DNA of 41,629 nt from Hormoscilla sp. (GTDB lineage Bacteria; Cyanobacteriota; Cyanobacteriia; Cyanobacteriales; Desertifilaceae): the NCBI GenBank assembly GCA_051439505.1, contig JBFRWI010000161.1:1-41629 (forward strand), in the 5' to 3' direction. Under the pieces are notes generated by a model. The model was not told where the DNA came from. It made no database searches and worked only from the letters and a program-made list of their open reading frames with translations. A program made the position numbers and the translations under genes. This document shows positions 1 to 9,310 of the stretch, piece after piece. The number at the start of each line of letters is the position of its first letter. Position 1 is the stretch's first letter.

Positions 1-145
1 AGCCTTAAGCTCTGTCGTCTGGCTTTAAGGAACGGAACGAATGGATTTAAGTAGGACCGCGTGAGTCAGATGTAAAAAGCCCCTTTAACTTGACCGAGGC
101 AAACTTTACCCCTTTTTAGGGAGAGCCGAAAGGCAGCAAAATAGT
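1..145 (+). ncRNA. 3' portion of a HEARO/omega-RNA-like (IscB-associated, IS200/IS605) scaffold, truncated by the window start; no iscB ORF follows
   Basis: The motif order GCTCTGTCG...TTAA...GTG...TAAAAAGC...TAAC..GAGGCAAACTTTACC matches my recollection of cyanobacterial HEARO scaffolds. GTCTGGCT (17-24) can pair with AGTCAGAT (64-71). Downstream hairpins are CCC-TTTTTA-GGG and GCC-GAAA-GGC. Confidence 0.65.
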
Positions 146-173
146 CACTGGCCACGCAGCTAGTGGCTTTTTT
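143..173 (+). terminator. Intrinsic terminator-like hairpin with T tract
   Basis: AGTCACTGGC-cacgca-GCTAGTGGCT stem (with G:U pairs) followed by a run of Ts. Confidence 0.6.
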
Positions 174-246
174 GCGTCGCGTCAACCGCCTAATGAGCGG
201 GATTTTCCGGAAATTACCAGTTTTTTAGTATGCTGGCTGCTAACTA

Positions 247-359
247 TACGCGATGTGCAACTTTCTACCGAAGAACAACGGTTTCTCGCTCAAGTGCAGA
301 AAATTTTGTTCTCAAAACTCCCTCAATGGAGTGGATTGGAAAAAGTTGCACAGGGCGTA
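247..359. mobile_element. MITE-like element with 18-bp imperfect terminal inverted repeats
   Basis: TACGCGATGTGCAACTTT (247-264) versus AAAGTTGCACAGGGCGTA (342-359), 16/18 complementary; begins and ends with TA. Confidence 0.5.
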
Positions 360-493
360 ACTATACGCGCTCGCGGCGTTACGCCAAGAGCTTTGCTGGC
401 TGTGGCCCGATCGCGTCATTTGATGCGCTCTGTTATACTTGCACAGATCTACTTGTTAGATTTGTGAGGGTTAAACACAGCACAAGTGGTAGT

Positions 494-1912
494 ATGCGAA
501 AACAACGTTCAATATTGGCTCTGATCCTGGTCCTGGTAGTTGCCGCCATTACGGTATTGGTGCAGTTTGAAACCAGACTGGGATTGGATCTGCGGGGGGG
601 CGCTCAACTAACCCTCCAAGTTAAGACGACCGACGAGGTGACGGAAATAACTCCGCAAGTCCTGGAAGCGGTACAGCGCGTCGTGGAAGGACGGGTGAAT
701 GCCCTGGGTGTTTCCGAGTCGGTGGTGCAAACAGTGGGTTCCGAACAGCTATTAGTGCAACTGCCAGGGGTGAATGACCCCGCACAGGCAGAACGGGTCT
801 TGGGTGGTACGGCCCAGCTAGAATTTCGCCAGCAGAAGCAGGGAAGTGAAGATGAGTTTGCCGCTCAATACCAGATCCTCAGAATATTAGAATTTCAACA
901 GCTCGAACTCAGAGAAAGTGATGATGCTGAGGCGATCGCCCAAAATCAAGGGGCGATCGATAGCAGTAATGAGGCGATCGCGCCTTTGTTTGAGCGCATC
1001 GGTCTAACTGGCAAAAACCTAGAGGATGCTTTTGCTCAACCGGGTCGAGGTGGCGGCGATAACTGGGAAATAATCATCCGCTTCGATGGCGAGGGGGGCG
1101 ATAAGTTTGCCGAAATGACCAAAAACCTGGCCGGTACGGGTCGCAGCATTGGCATTTTCCTGGACGACAGGCTGATCAGTGCGCCCTCGGTGGGAGTAGA
1201 ATTTGCCGAAACGGGGATTATCGGAGGCAGTGCCTCAATTACTGGGAATTTTACTGTCGAATCAGCCAACGACTTGGCAGTACAGTTGCGAGGTGGGGCT
1301 TTACCCGTCCCCGTAGAAGTGGTGCAAAACCGGACTGTAGGTGCCACCCTGGGACGAGATAGTATTTCTAGCAGCATTAAAGCAGCCCTTGCAGGTCTGG
1401 TGGCAGTGTTAATCTTCATGGTGGCCTACTACCGCCTGCCCGGTCTGATCGCAGATGTCGCATTAATTGTCTACGCCCTGCTGACCTTTGCCGCCTTCAA
1501 GCTATTGGGCGTGACCTTAACCTTGCCCGGAATAGCCGGTTTTATCCTGAGTATCGGCATGGCAGTGGATGCCAACGTGTTGATTTTCGAGCGCACTCGT
1601 GAAGAACTGCGCGGTGGCAAGAGCTTATATCGTGGAGTAGAATCTGGTTTCTATCGGGCCTTCTCCAGCATTTTAGATGGCAACGTGACTACCTTGATTT
1701 CCTGCATCGCCTTATTCTGGTTGGGATCGGGTCTGGTCAGAGGTTTTGCCCTGACTCTGGGACTGGGGGTGGTGGTGAGTATGTTTACGGCCCTCACCTG
1801 TAGTCGGACCCTGATGCTCTATGTCTTGCAATTTCCTGGGTTGCGCAAGCCAGAACTGTTCTGTCCTAATCTGCAATTGTCCCCGAAATCCCAATCAGGA
1901 GCAACGTTATGA
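494..1912 (+). CDS. secD: Protein translocase subunit SecD (start moved from 230 to ATG 494, MRKQRSIL...)
   Basis: [33 protein letters not shown] and ILDGNVTT motifs; N-terminal TM begins right after Met at 494; overlaps secF by ATGA. Confidence 0.97.
   Translation: MRKQRSILALILVLVVAAITVLVQFETRLGLDLRGGAQLTLQVKTTDEVTEITPQVLEAVQRVVEGRVNALGVSESVVQTVGSEQLLVQLPGVNDPAQAERVLGGTAQLEFRQQKQGSEDEFAAQYQILRILEFQQLELRESDDAEAIAQNQGAIDSSNEAIAPLFERIGLTGKNLEDAFAQPGRGGGDNWEIIIRFDGEGGDKFAEMTKNLAGTGRSIGIFLDDRLISAPSVGVEFAETGIIGGSASITGNFTVESANDLAVQLRGGALPVPVEVVQNRTVGATLGRDSISSSIKAALAGLVAVLIFMVAYYRLPGLIADVALIVYALLTFAAFKLLGVTLTLPGIAGFILSIGMAVDANVLIFERTREELRGGKSLYRGVESGFYRAFSSILDGNVTTLISCIALFWLGSGLVRGFALTLGLGVVVSMFTALTCSRTLMLYVLQFPGLRKPELFCPNLQLSPKSQSGATL
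932..939. repeat. HIP1 octamer GCGATCGC (example site; very frequent throughout the window, including inside the PKS cluster)
   Basis: Many GCGATCGC occurrences seen by eye; HIP1 is an established cyanobacterial signature. Confidence 0.9.
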
Positions 1913-2892
1913 GATTAAAGATTATCAAACAACGCGGGCTCTGGTGGTCAATTTCGGCGGCGATCGTCCTGGCCGGGATGGTGGCCATGGGCATTTCTTG
2001 GACGCGACCGGACATCGGCGCACCTCTGCGTCCCAGTCTGGATTTTGTCGGCGGTACTAGGCTACAGCTGGAACTAGACTGTAACAAGCAAAATAACTGC
2101 GATCGGGCCATTGACCTGGCAGCAGTGCGAGAGGTAATGGCAACTCAGGGTTTGGCCAATAGCAGTATCCAAATTGTCGGCGAAGAGGGAAACGCCCTGA
2201 GCATTAGAACCAAAGACTTAGATGTTTCCGAACGTACCCAACTGCAAACAGCCCTTACCGAGGCGATCGGGGAGTTTGACCCCTCCAAAACCCAGATCGA
2301 CACCGTCGGTCCGACCCTAGGACGACAGTTGTTTACCTCCGGTCTGTTAGCCCTGCTAGTCGCCTTCGGAGGCATTACAGTTTACCTGACTTGGAGATTC
2401 CAACTAGACTATGCCTTTTTTGCCTTCGCGGCCCTGTTCCACGATGTCTTTGTGACCCTAGGGGTATTCTCAATGTTGGGTCTAGTGCTGGGATTAGAAG
2501 TGGATAGCTTGTTCGTCGTGGCCCTGCTGACGATTATCGGCTTCTCCGTTAACGATACTGTCGTGATCTACGATCGGGTGCGGGAGACGCTCAAACTCCA
2601 CCCAGACCAGCATATCGACCAGGTAGTAGATGATGCTGTCAATCAAACTCTGACTCGATCGATCAACACTACCTTAACCACCCTGCTGCCATTATTGTCC
2701 ATCTTCCTGTTCGGCGGCGAAACCTTGAAATACTTTGCCCTGGCGCTGATAGTCGGCTTTATCTCAGGTGCCTATTCTAGTATCTTCATCGCTAGTACCC
2801 TGCTAGCTTGGTGGCGAGAACGCACGGGTCAAGCTATATTGGCATCAGCTTCCGACTCATCTGATGAACTAGCCTCTTCTGATAAGGCATAA
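1909..2892 (+). CDS. secF: Protein translocase subunit SecF
   Basis: [41 protein letters not shown] and GAYSSIFIA motifs; directly follows secD. Confidence 0.97.
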   Translation: MRLKIIKQRGLWWSISAAIVLAGMVAMGISWTRPDIGAPLRPSLDFVGGTRLQLELDCNKQNNCDRAIDLAAVREVMATQGLANSSIQIVGEEGNALSIRTKDLDVSERTQLQTALTEAIGEFDPSKTQIDTVGPTLGRQLFTSGLLALLVAFGGITVYLTWRFQLDYAFFAFAALFHDVFVTLGVFSMLGLVLGLEVDSLFVVALLTIIGFSVNDTVVIYDRVRETLKLHPDQHIDQVVDDAVNQTLTRSINTTLTTLLPLLSIFLFGGETLKYFALALIVGFISGAYSSIFIASTLLAWWRERTGQAILASASDSSDELASSDKA

Positions 2893-2896
2893 ACTG

Positions 2897-3298
2897 ATGG
2901 GAACCGCACAAGAGAGACAAAATGAATCAACGGATGCTATCTTTAAGGCGCAAGTCCAAAGGTTACACCACCTGACAGTGGCTATCAGGTGGTTGGCGAT
3001 CGGGTTGCTATGGCTCACTGTCGGTTCCCTGAGTCTCTGGAACTTGCGATCGGAGATTGATATGTTGCGATCGCATTTTACCTGGGCAGCAGTGTCCTAC
3101 GGCATGTCTTACAACCAGGTACCAGCTTTGGGTCTGGGTTTTTGTATAGCCACGACCACAGCAGTCCTAGTCTGGCAAAGCCGTAACATTCTGCTGGGAA
3201 TGCCACCCCAGTACCAAAAGCGTCTGGAAAAATCAGTTTGCCGCATTCGCCAGCAGGGTCCAACTCATCCCTTGTGGAAATGGGTTTGCCAAAAATAA
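2897..3298 (+). CDS. Hypothetical membrane protein (2 TM), cyanobacterial type
   Basis: 133-aa ORF tightly packed between secF and ilvE; two hydrophobic segments; C-terminal QGPTHPLWKWV. Confidence 0.8.
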   Translation: MGTAQERQNESTDAIFKAQVQRLHHLTVAIRWLAIGLLWLTVGSLSLWNLRSEIDMLRSHFTWAAVSYGMSYNQVPALGLGFCIATTTAVLVWQSRNILLGMPPQYQKRLEKSVCRIRQQGPTHPLWKWVCQK

Positions 3299-3310
3299 CC
3301 AATAACAGAC

Positions 3311-4225
3311 ATGGAGAATTTTTTACCATTTGCTTACTTTCAGAACCAATTTGTTCCTTTTGCTGAGGCGAAGATTTCCATTGCTACCCATGCGTTGCAT
3401 TATGGAACTGGAGCCTTTGGTGGGATGCGCGGGCTAATAGATCCGCAAAATCCGCAGCAAGTCCTGCTGTTCAGATTAGACCGCCATTGCCAAAGGTTAA
3501 GTAATAGTGCTAGATTCTTGCACTACGACTTGCCAGCGGATAAAATTCAATCAGTTATCCTCGATTTTGTCAAGAAAAATCAGCCGACCGAATCTTTCTA
3601 TATTCGACCCTTCATCTACACGTCAGGCTTGGGAATTTCTCCCCGACTGCATAAGGTTGAAAAAGACTTTTTTGTTTATGGGTTGGAGTTGGGAGATTAT
3701 TTGTCCCCCGAGGGAGTAAGCTGTCGCATTAGTTCTTGGTATCGACAAGAAGACCGCAGTTTTCCCCTCCGAGGTAAGCTGAGTGCAGCCTATATTACCT
3801 CTTCTCTGGCTAAGACGGAAGCTTTTGAGTCGGGCTTTGATGAAGCAATTTTAATCAATTCTCAAGGAAAGATCTGCGAAGCGACGGGAATGAATATCTT
3901 TCTGGTGAGAAATGGCTCGCTGATTACCCCTGGATTTGAACAGGATATCCTGGAAGGAATCACCAGAGATAGTGTTATTAAGATTGCCACGGACCTGGGG
4001 ATGAAAGTCACGGAACGCCCGGTGGATAAGTCGGAACTATTGATTGCGGACGAGGTGTTTCTCTGCGGGACTGCTGCCAAGATTACTCCGGTAAAACGGA
4101 TTGAAAATTATCAATTGCCCGAAAGCAAACCCATTACGGAAAAACTGCGAGCCAAACTGACAGCAATTATGTCAAACAGCGATGATGATTACCGAGACTG
4201 GATATACCCAGTCTCTCTAGTATAA
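3311..4225 (+). CDS. ilvE: Branched-chain amino acid aminotransferase (fold type IV PLP enzyme)
   Basis: HALHYGTGAFGG, FRLDRH, GFDEAIL, EATGMNIF, ILEGITRDSV, ADEVFLCGTAA. Confidence 0.93.
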   Translation: MENFLPFAYFQNQFVPFAEAKISIATHALHYGTGAFGGMRGLIDPQNPQQVLLFRLDRHCQRLSNSARFLHYDLPADKIQSVILDFVKKNQPTESFYIRPFIYTSGLGISPRLHKVEKDFFVYGLELGDYLSPEGVSCRISSWYRQEDRSFPLRGKLSAAYITSSLAKTEAFESGFDEAILINSQGKICEATGMNIFLVRNGSLITPGFEQDILEGITRDSVIKIATDLGMKVTERPVDKSELLIADEVFLCGTAAKITPVKRIENYQLPESKPITEKLRAKLTAIMSNSDDDYRDWIYPVSLV

Positions 4226-4229
4226 AATT

Positions 4230-5696
4230 TCAAGCACAGCATTTGAGATTTGTAGTGGACGGATAATTCTGGCGTATGGGAATGGAAATTACAAATTCTG
4301 TTCCCTGGCCGGGCCGGGAGATAAACTGCAATTGACCGCCATGTTTTTCGACGACTATCTGATAGCTAATTGACAATCCTAAACCCGTACCTTTGCCTGG
4401 TGGCTTGGTGGTAAAGAAGGGGTCAAACAGCTTCTTTTGTACTTCCTTTGTCATTCCTAACCCATTGTCGGCAATGCGGACCGCGACAGAATTGCTGTTT
4501 ACAACTTGGGTGGCGATGTGAATCTCAGGGATGGAGGGTTTTCTCATTTCTAAGGCGTCGATCGCATTATTAAGCAGATTCAGGAACACCTGATTCAGCT
4601 GACCGGCGTAGCATTCTACCGATGGGAGGTTCCCATAATCTTTGTAAATGGTAATTGCCGGGAATTTCCGCCGTGCTTGCAGTCGGTTTTGCAAAATCAG
4701 CAATGTACTTTCTAGCCCGGAGTGAATATCAACGGATTTCAAGTCAGCTTCGTCCAGGCGGGAGAAATTCCGCAGGGATAAGACAATCTGACGAATGCGG
4801 TCTGCGCCAGATTGCATTGATTGCAGGACTTGTGGTAGGTCCTCCATGAGGAAATCCAGGTCTGATGCTTCTACTTCTGACTGGATTTCCGGTGCTGGCG
4901 GCTGATAGTGATGCCAGTAAAGGTTGAGCAAGTGTAACAAGTCTTGCATGTATCCTTTGACGTGAGTCAGGTTGCCAGTAATGAAACTGACGGGGTTATT
5001 GATTTCATGGGCAATGCCTGCAACCATTTGTCCGAGACTGGACATTTTTTCGGTCTGAATCAGCTGTGCTTGGGTCTTTTTCAGTTTATATAGAGTTTCC
5101 TCCAGTTGCTGGGCTTTTTCTGTTAATTGAGCTTCTGACTGTTGCAGGGCCTGGGTTGTGAGTTGATGAATCTCCGACTGGGCCAAGAGTAAATCATGCA
5201 TGTCCAATAGCATGTTTTGCCCAGTTTCTAGTTGCACGACGATCGGTTCGTAGATCAATTCGGGCGATCGGCCCAAGGACTGCTGTACTGCTGCCACAAT
5301 TGAGGTATCCCGCGAGATCGTTAAAATTTCACTGTGAGCAAATTGATAGAAAGTCAGCAGCGGTCGTCTGGAAAATAACTCCAAGCTGTAGGGACGACTC
5401 ATCTGTTCAAAGAAATGCCTGCGGGAAATCATCCCCGTAAAATTGCCGGACTCCGTGACAATGATACCCGGTAACCTGGGGTTGGCTTCAAATATTTGGG
5501 TCACCTCTGCGCCGGGGCGCTGGCAGTCAAGTTCAACTTGGTAGAGTGTTAATTCTCCTAGGGTTGATTCTAAACTGAGTTGCGACTCTTGTTTGGCGTA
5601 CTGGCAGTCCTGTGAGATAGCTGACCTTTGAACCGCCCCTGTCAGCCCCCTGACTGCAAAACTATCTTTGAAAAATATGTTATGCACTATACCCAT
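4230..5696 (-). CDS. Sensor histidine kinase with N-terminal CBS-like domain (start may be further downstream)
   Basis: H-box EKMSSLGQMVAGIAHEINNP, N-box QLNQVFLNLLNNAIDA, DNGLGM, FDPFFTTK, GTGLGL; no TM segment. Confidence 0.92.
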   Translation of the reverse strand: MGIVHNIFFKDSFAVRGLTGAVQRSAISQDCQYAKQESQLSLESTLGELTLYQVELDCQRPGAEVTQIFEANPRLPGIIVTESGNFTGMISRRHFFEQMSRPYSLELFSRRPLLTFYQFAHSEILTISRDTSIVAAVQQSLGRSPELIYEPIVVQLETGQNMLLDMHDLLLAQSEIHQLTTQALQQSEAQLTEKAQQLEETLYKLKKTQAQLIQTEKMSSLGQMVAGIAHEINNPVSFITGNLTHVKGYMQDLLHLLNLYWHHYQPPAPEIQSEVEASDLDFLMEDLPQVLQSMQSGADRIRQIVLSLRNFSRLDEADLKSVDIHSGLESTLLILQNRLQARRKFPAITIYKDYGNLPSVECYAGQLNQVFLNLLNNAIDALEMRKPSIPEIHIATQVVNSNSVAVRIADNGLGMTKEVQKKLFDPFFTTKPPGKGTGLGLSISYQIVVEKHGGQLQFISRPGQGTEFVISIPIRQNYPSTTNLKCCA

Positions 5697-5771
5697 TTGA
5701 CGTTTCCTAGTCCATTTGCTGCGACAATTCCAGGTTTTTTCAGCCAGATCTTAGTAGATTGACACAATATT

Positions 5772-5801
5772 ATTATAGTCAATAGCAGAATTATTTGTCA
5801 A
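5772..5801 (-). promoter_or_regulatory. Consensus sigma70-type promoter for the histidine kinase gene
   Basis: Minus strand reads TTGACA-18 nt-TATAAT (-35 at 5801-5796, -10 at 5777-5772), about 75 nt upstream of the ORF start. Confidence 0.65.
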
Positions 5802-6110
5802 GAGCGAGCCATTTATTGCTTTGGGACGATCGCCCTGCAACTGGGGGATAGAGAATTAACAATCGGTAGTTCCGGAAAACTACGCTCGCGATCGTCATGT
5901 CTGTCCGTTAAAAAGCGATCGCACTTCACCTGTTCCGATGCCCCATCGCCGATATATTTTAGCTTTACCAAAAATTACACCCCGCTCAAAATTTCTGTGA
6001 GACTGTTTACTGAAGGCACGATCGTCAGTGACATAATCGGAAGCATCAGTTATCAGCTATAAATATGTTAAAAAGACTTATAACTGACAACTAAAACCGC
6101 TGACTGCGAC

Positions 6111-7265
6111 TCAATTAGCTTGATGAGGTTGTATATCGGGACTGGGAATAGATGGCCGATCGGGAGAATCGGCGATCGGGGGATCGGTTGCACCCTCAGA
6201 ATCCCTTGCGGGGGAAGGGGTTGCATCTGGCAGTCGATCGCCAGTCCAGTTGTCGAGAATATCTTCGATCAATACTTCTCTGAGCCAGGTTTGAGCAACA
6301 ACAGCCAGGGGCAATGCTAATATCAACCCCAGGGGACCGAAAAAGGAGGTAAATGTGATTTGAGCCAACAGGGTAACAGCAGGGAGTAGGGAAACCTTTT
6401 TCTGCATGACAGTGGGACTCAGCCAGTAGCTCTCAATATTCTGAATTACTACATATAGAATCAATACAGCACCTGCCTTTCCCAGAGGATTCTGGTCCAA
6501 AAGGGCGACTGTCAGCGGGGAGACCACGCTTAAGGTAGGTCCAAAATTAGGAATAAAGTTGAATAACCCAGCTAACAGAGCATGAGCTAGCACTAACTTT
6601 ACACCTAAAAACCACAAACCGATGCCACAGGTAATAGCAACAAAGAGCGAATTGATGACAATGCCTCCAAACCAGTTTCCCAACGCCTCTTCACATTCAG
6701 AGAGAATGTGATCTACCCGGCGGCGATAGAAGGAAGGAAACAGCCGCACAAATACCTTTCTGTATGCCAGGGGATTGATCAACATCATAATTGTCAGCAC
6801 AATCACTAGCAACACTTGACCGGCAGCAATCAGGGAATTGGAGAAAAAGGCATAAAAGTTCCCCAGCAGTTGGGTCACAAAGGGCTGTAGTTCTTGGATT
6901 AAATTGGAAATGTTTGGTGGTTCGGGCATCCACTCCGGTCGGTTACGACTAAATTGATCCAGGAGGATGCCAATGCGTTTCAACCCATCAGGTAATAGCT
7001 TGAGTAAGCTTTGAATTTGCTCGATAAAGGGTGGCACGACTAGCCAAAAGAACAGCACGAAAAACAGTAGCGTACAGCTCAGCATCAGCAGCACTGCCAT
7101 GTTACGGCTCAAAGGAGTGAAACGTTGTAACCGCTGCACGCCCCGATTTAATGCTGTTGCTAATACTACGGCTGTAAATACTAGCAAAATAATATGTCTA
7201 ATTTCCCAGAGGATATATAGGGATAAAACTAGACTGAAAAATCCCAGCCATTGACCGATCTTCAA
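6111..7265 (-). CDS. AI-2E family (UPF0118/PerM-like) transporter
   Basis: Multi-TM protein with NFIPNFGP, QNIESYWLSP and FGPLGLILALP motifs. Confidence 0.92.
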   Translation of the reverse strand: MKIGQWLGFFSLVLSLYILWEIRHIILLVFTAVVLATALNRGVQRLQRFTPLSRNMAVLLMLSCTLLFFVLFFWLVVPPFIEQIQSLLKLLPDGLKRIGILLDQFSRNRPEWMPEPPNISNLIQELQPFVTQLLGNFYAFFSNSLIAAGQVLLVIVLTIMMLINPLAYRKVFVRLFPSFYRRRVDHILSECEEALGNWFGGIVINSLFVAITCGIGLWFLGVKLVLAHALLAGLFNFIPNFGPTLSVVSPLTVALLDQNPLGKAGAVLILYVVIQNIESYWLSPTVMQKKVSLLPAVTLLAQITFTSFFGPLGLILALPLAVVAQTWLREVLIEDILDNWTGDRLPDATPSPARDSEGATDPPIADSPDRPSIPSPDIQPHQAN

Positions 7266-7418
7266 AACTTCACACTCCTCCTCAACAAAAGACTTCTTCC
7301 CAGTCTGGCCATAAGCGAGTTATGTTAAAATAAAATTCTATCACAGCCGGTGGTCAGCCGTCAGTTGTATTAGAGGTAGGCGATCGGCACTGTGTTTGAT
7401 AATAGGTATAATGGTCGC

Positions 7419-7448
7419 AGCAGGGAGCAGGGAGCAGGGAGCAGGGAG
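7419..7448. repeat. STRR-type 7-bp tandem repeat (AGCAGGG) x4
   Basis: Directly visible. Confidence 0.9.
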
Positions 7449-7672
7449 AGGGGGGTTTGGGGGGGATCCTTTACAACAAATGCATGACCACACTCATCCG
7501 ACCAAGGCGGGGAGACGATCCGACTGCGGCGGGTGTAGTCAAAAGTAGTTGATCGAGTAGAGCAATGAGCGACTCTGACCGGTAGTGGGCCGCTCCGGGG
7601 TGAGGGGGTATAAAAGGTAATAAACCTCCCGCAATAATAGACAATTATGACAAAAAGCCGCTCCCTCAAGGG

Positions 7673-7852
7673 AAAAGGATCTGCTCTCATAGCCCAAAAG
7701 GATCTTTTCTCGGCGAGAAAAGGATCTTCGATCGCCGAGAAAAGGATCTTCGATCGGCGAGAAAAGGATCTTCGATCGGCGAGAAAAATTTCTTCTCTCA
7801 TAGCGTCCAAGGATCTTCTCTCACCAGGGAACTCATCAGGGAAAAGGATCTT
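7673..7852. repeat. Phased array of AAAAGGATCT motifs with a core of near-perfect 22-bp tandem units (GAGAAAAGGATCTTCGATCGSC)
   Basis: Motif starts at 7673, 7696, 7718, 7740, 7762, a degenerate copy at 7784, about 7807 and 7842. Confidence 0.85.
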
Positions 7853-7911
7853 CTGGGTGCGGCTCCGGAGCCCGTTGATCGTTTCTAGGCCCTACTAGCT
7901 GTCGGATACCC

Positions 7912-7970
7912 TGTAGGGGCGTAGCGCTACGCGCACTGCGCCCACTGCGCAGCGGCTGCGCAGCAGCTAG
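7912..7970. repeat. REP-like GC-rich palindrome cluster
   Basis: GTAGGGGCG lead-in, perfect palindrome GCGTAGCGCTACGC and TGCGCAGC-g-GCTGCGCA hairpin. Confidence 0.6.
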
Positions 7971-8563
7971 CTAAGGAGCTAAAAATTATGACATAATATG
8001 ACAGATGTACTCTCCTCAGGCAACGCCGGGGCACCCCGCGAGGTCTGGAGATGGTGAGCGCGTGCAGTTGGTACGGGGGATCTCACAGGCATGCTAGCGA
8101 TATATTTGGCTAGACAAACATAGCTGGCAGGGCTGCTGGTCGGCAGCTCATGCAAGGGACCGGTAAGCAATTCTTCAAAATTAAAAATTGGGACAGCCTC
8201 TTATAGCAAGGGTTTCAGCTCTTGGGCCTCCGCAATGTAAATGCGCGACAGCTTACTGTAGAAGGGTTGGATTTACGCAATCCAATTTGGTAAAATGGAT
8301 GGAAATTATCACTCCCATACGGCCATCCTCGATCGGGGTAGGGACCGGCAGCAGCAGTTCGTCGATCGCCATCGGTGGATAGATTGGGCAAGACCATAGT
8401 ATGGTATACTCGTCAGGGCCTTGGAGATTTCCCCCAGGGCGATCGCAATTAGGAGGTAAACTACCTGCGGATATGTTAGATTGAGATATGTCAATGCTGA
8501 AGCAACCATTTTCTATCGCGATCGGATAGTATATAGCCTTGTCGAGAATATAGTACAGAACCA

Positions 8564-9295
8564 GTGGAAACAGTAGATCGGCAAAACAGTAAAGGATTAT
8601 TCGCCGCCTGGAACTCGGTCTCTTTGAAGACCCAACAAATGATTACAGCTATTACCGCCGCAGTAATATCATCCCTGGCAGTAGTGATTGTAATTCAAGT
8701 TGAACCCAAGCTGGGTGATACATTAGGGGTTAAGCTGATGGTAGCCCTAGGGACGGCGATCGCAGTAGGCGCTGTTACCTTTGCCCTACAGCAGATTACT
8801 ATTAATAAATTTAACCGCAGCCGAGATAATCTATTGACTGTGTTGAAGGCTGTAGCACGGGACTCGGAAAATGTCAAGGCAGAAATAGGCGGCGGGAAGG
8901 AATGGGAAGAGGTGGCGATCGCATTGGGGCAGATGCAAGAGGCGATCGCCATCAGAGTGGGGGAAGCGGAGCAAAAAGCAGCAGCAGCAGAAAAAGCCTC
9001 CGAAGAATTACAGCAACAACTAATTGAATTGGTAAATAAAGTAGACAAAGACAAGAGTGAGATAACAGCAAGTAATGAAGAAGAACAAATGTTAGAACTT
9101 CCTGGAACCATAGTAGAATTTATGGAGGATTTCCATCAGGAACCGATTCCTCCCGCTCAAATTATCGGTTCTAGTACAATAGAGGAAATGAAACAACACT
9201 TCGATAAGCTTCAGTATCGGCGAGTATGGCTAGAAGCATTACTTAACGAAGCCTCCAGAGAGCTGGAGCTGCTGAAGTTACATTTGCATTTATAA
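8564..9295 (+). CDS. Membrane protein with 2 TM helices, a HAMP-like linker and coiled coil; no recognisable output domain
   Basis: Two hydrophobic helices, then ...VARDSENVKAEIGGGKEWEEVAIALGQMQEAI (HAMP-like) and EELQQQLIELV coiled coil. Confidence 0.7.
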   Translation: METVDRQNSKGLFAAWNSVSLKTQQMITAITAAVISSLAVVIVIQVEPKLGDTLGVKLMVALGTAIAVGAVTFALQQITINKFNRSRDNLLTVLKAVARDSENVKAEIGGGKEWEEVAIALGQMQEAIAIRVGEAEQKAAAAEKASEELQQQLIELVNKVDKDKSEITASNEEEQMLELPGTIVEFMEDFHQEPIPPAQIIGSSTIEEMKQHFDKLQYRRVWLEALLNEASRELELLKLHLHL

Positions 9296-9310
9296 TCAAG
9301 GAAATATCCG

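Noticed and set aside
230..493. 88-aa N-terminal extension of SecD and the 70-aa ORF 255-467
   Set aside because: Both run through a MITE-like element; SecD-like sequence begins at Met 494
7673..7852. CRISPR array or coding repeat (ORFs 7370-7810 and 7647-7898)
   Set aside because: No unique spacers; the 22-bp period is not codon-phased and the translations are low-complexity
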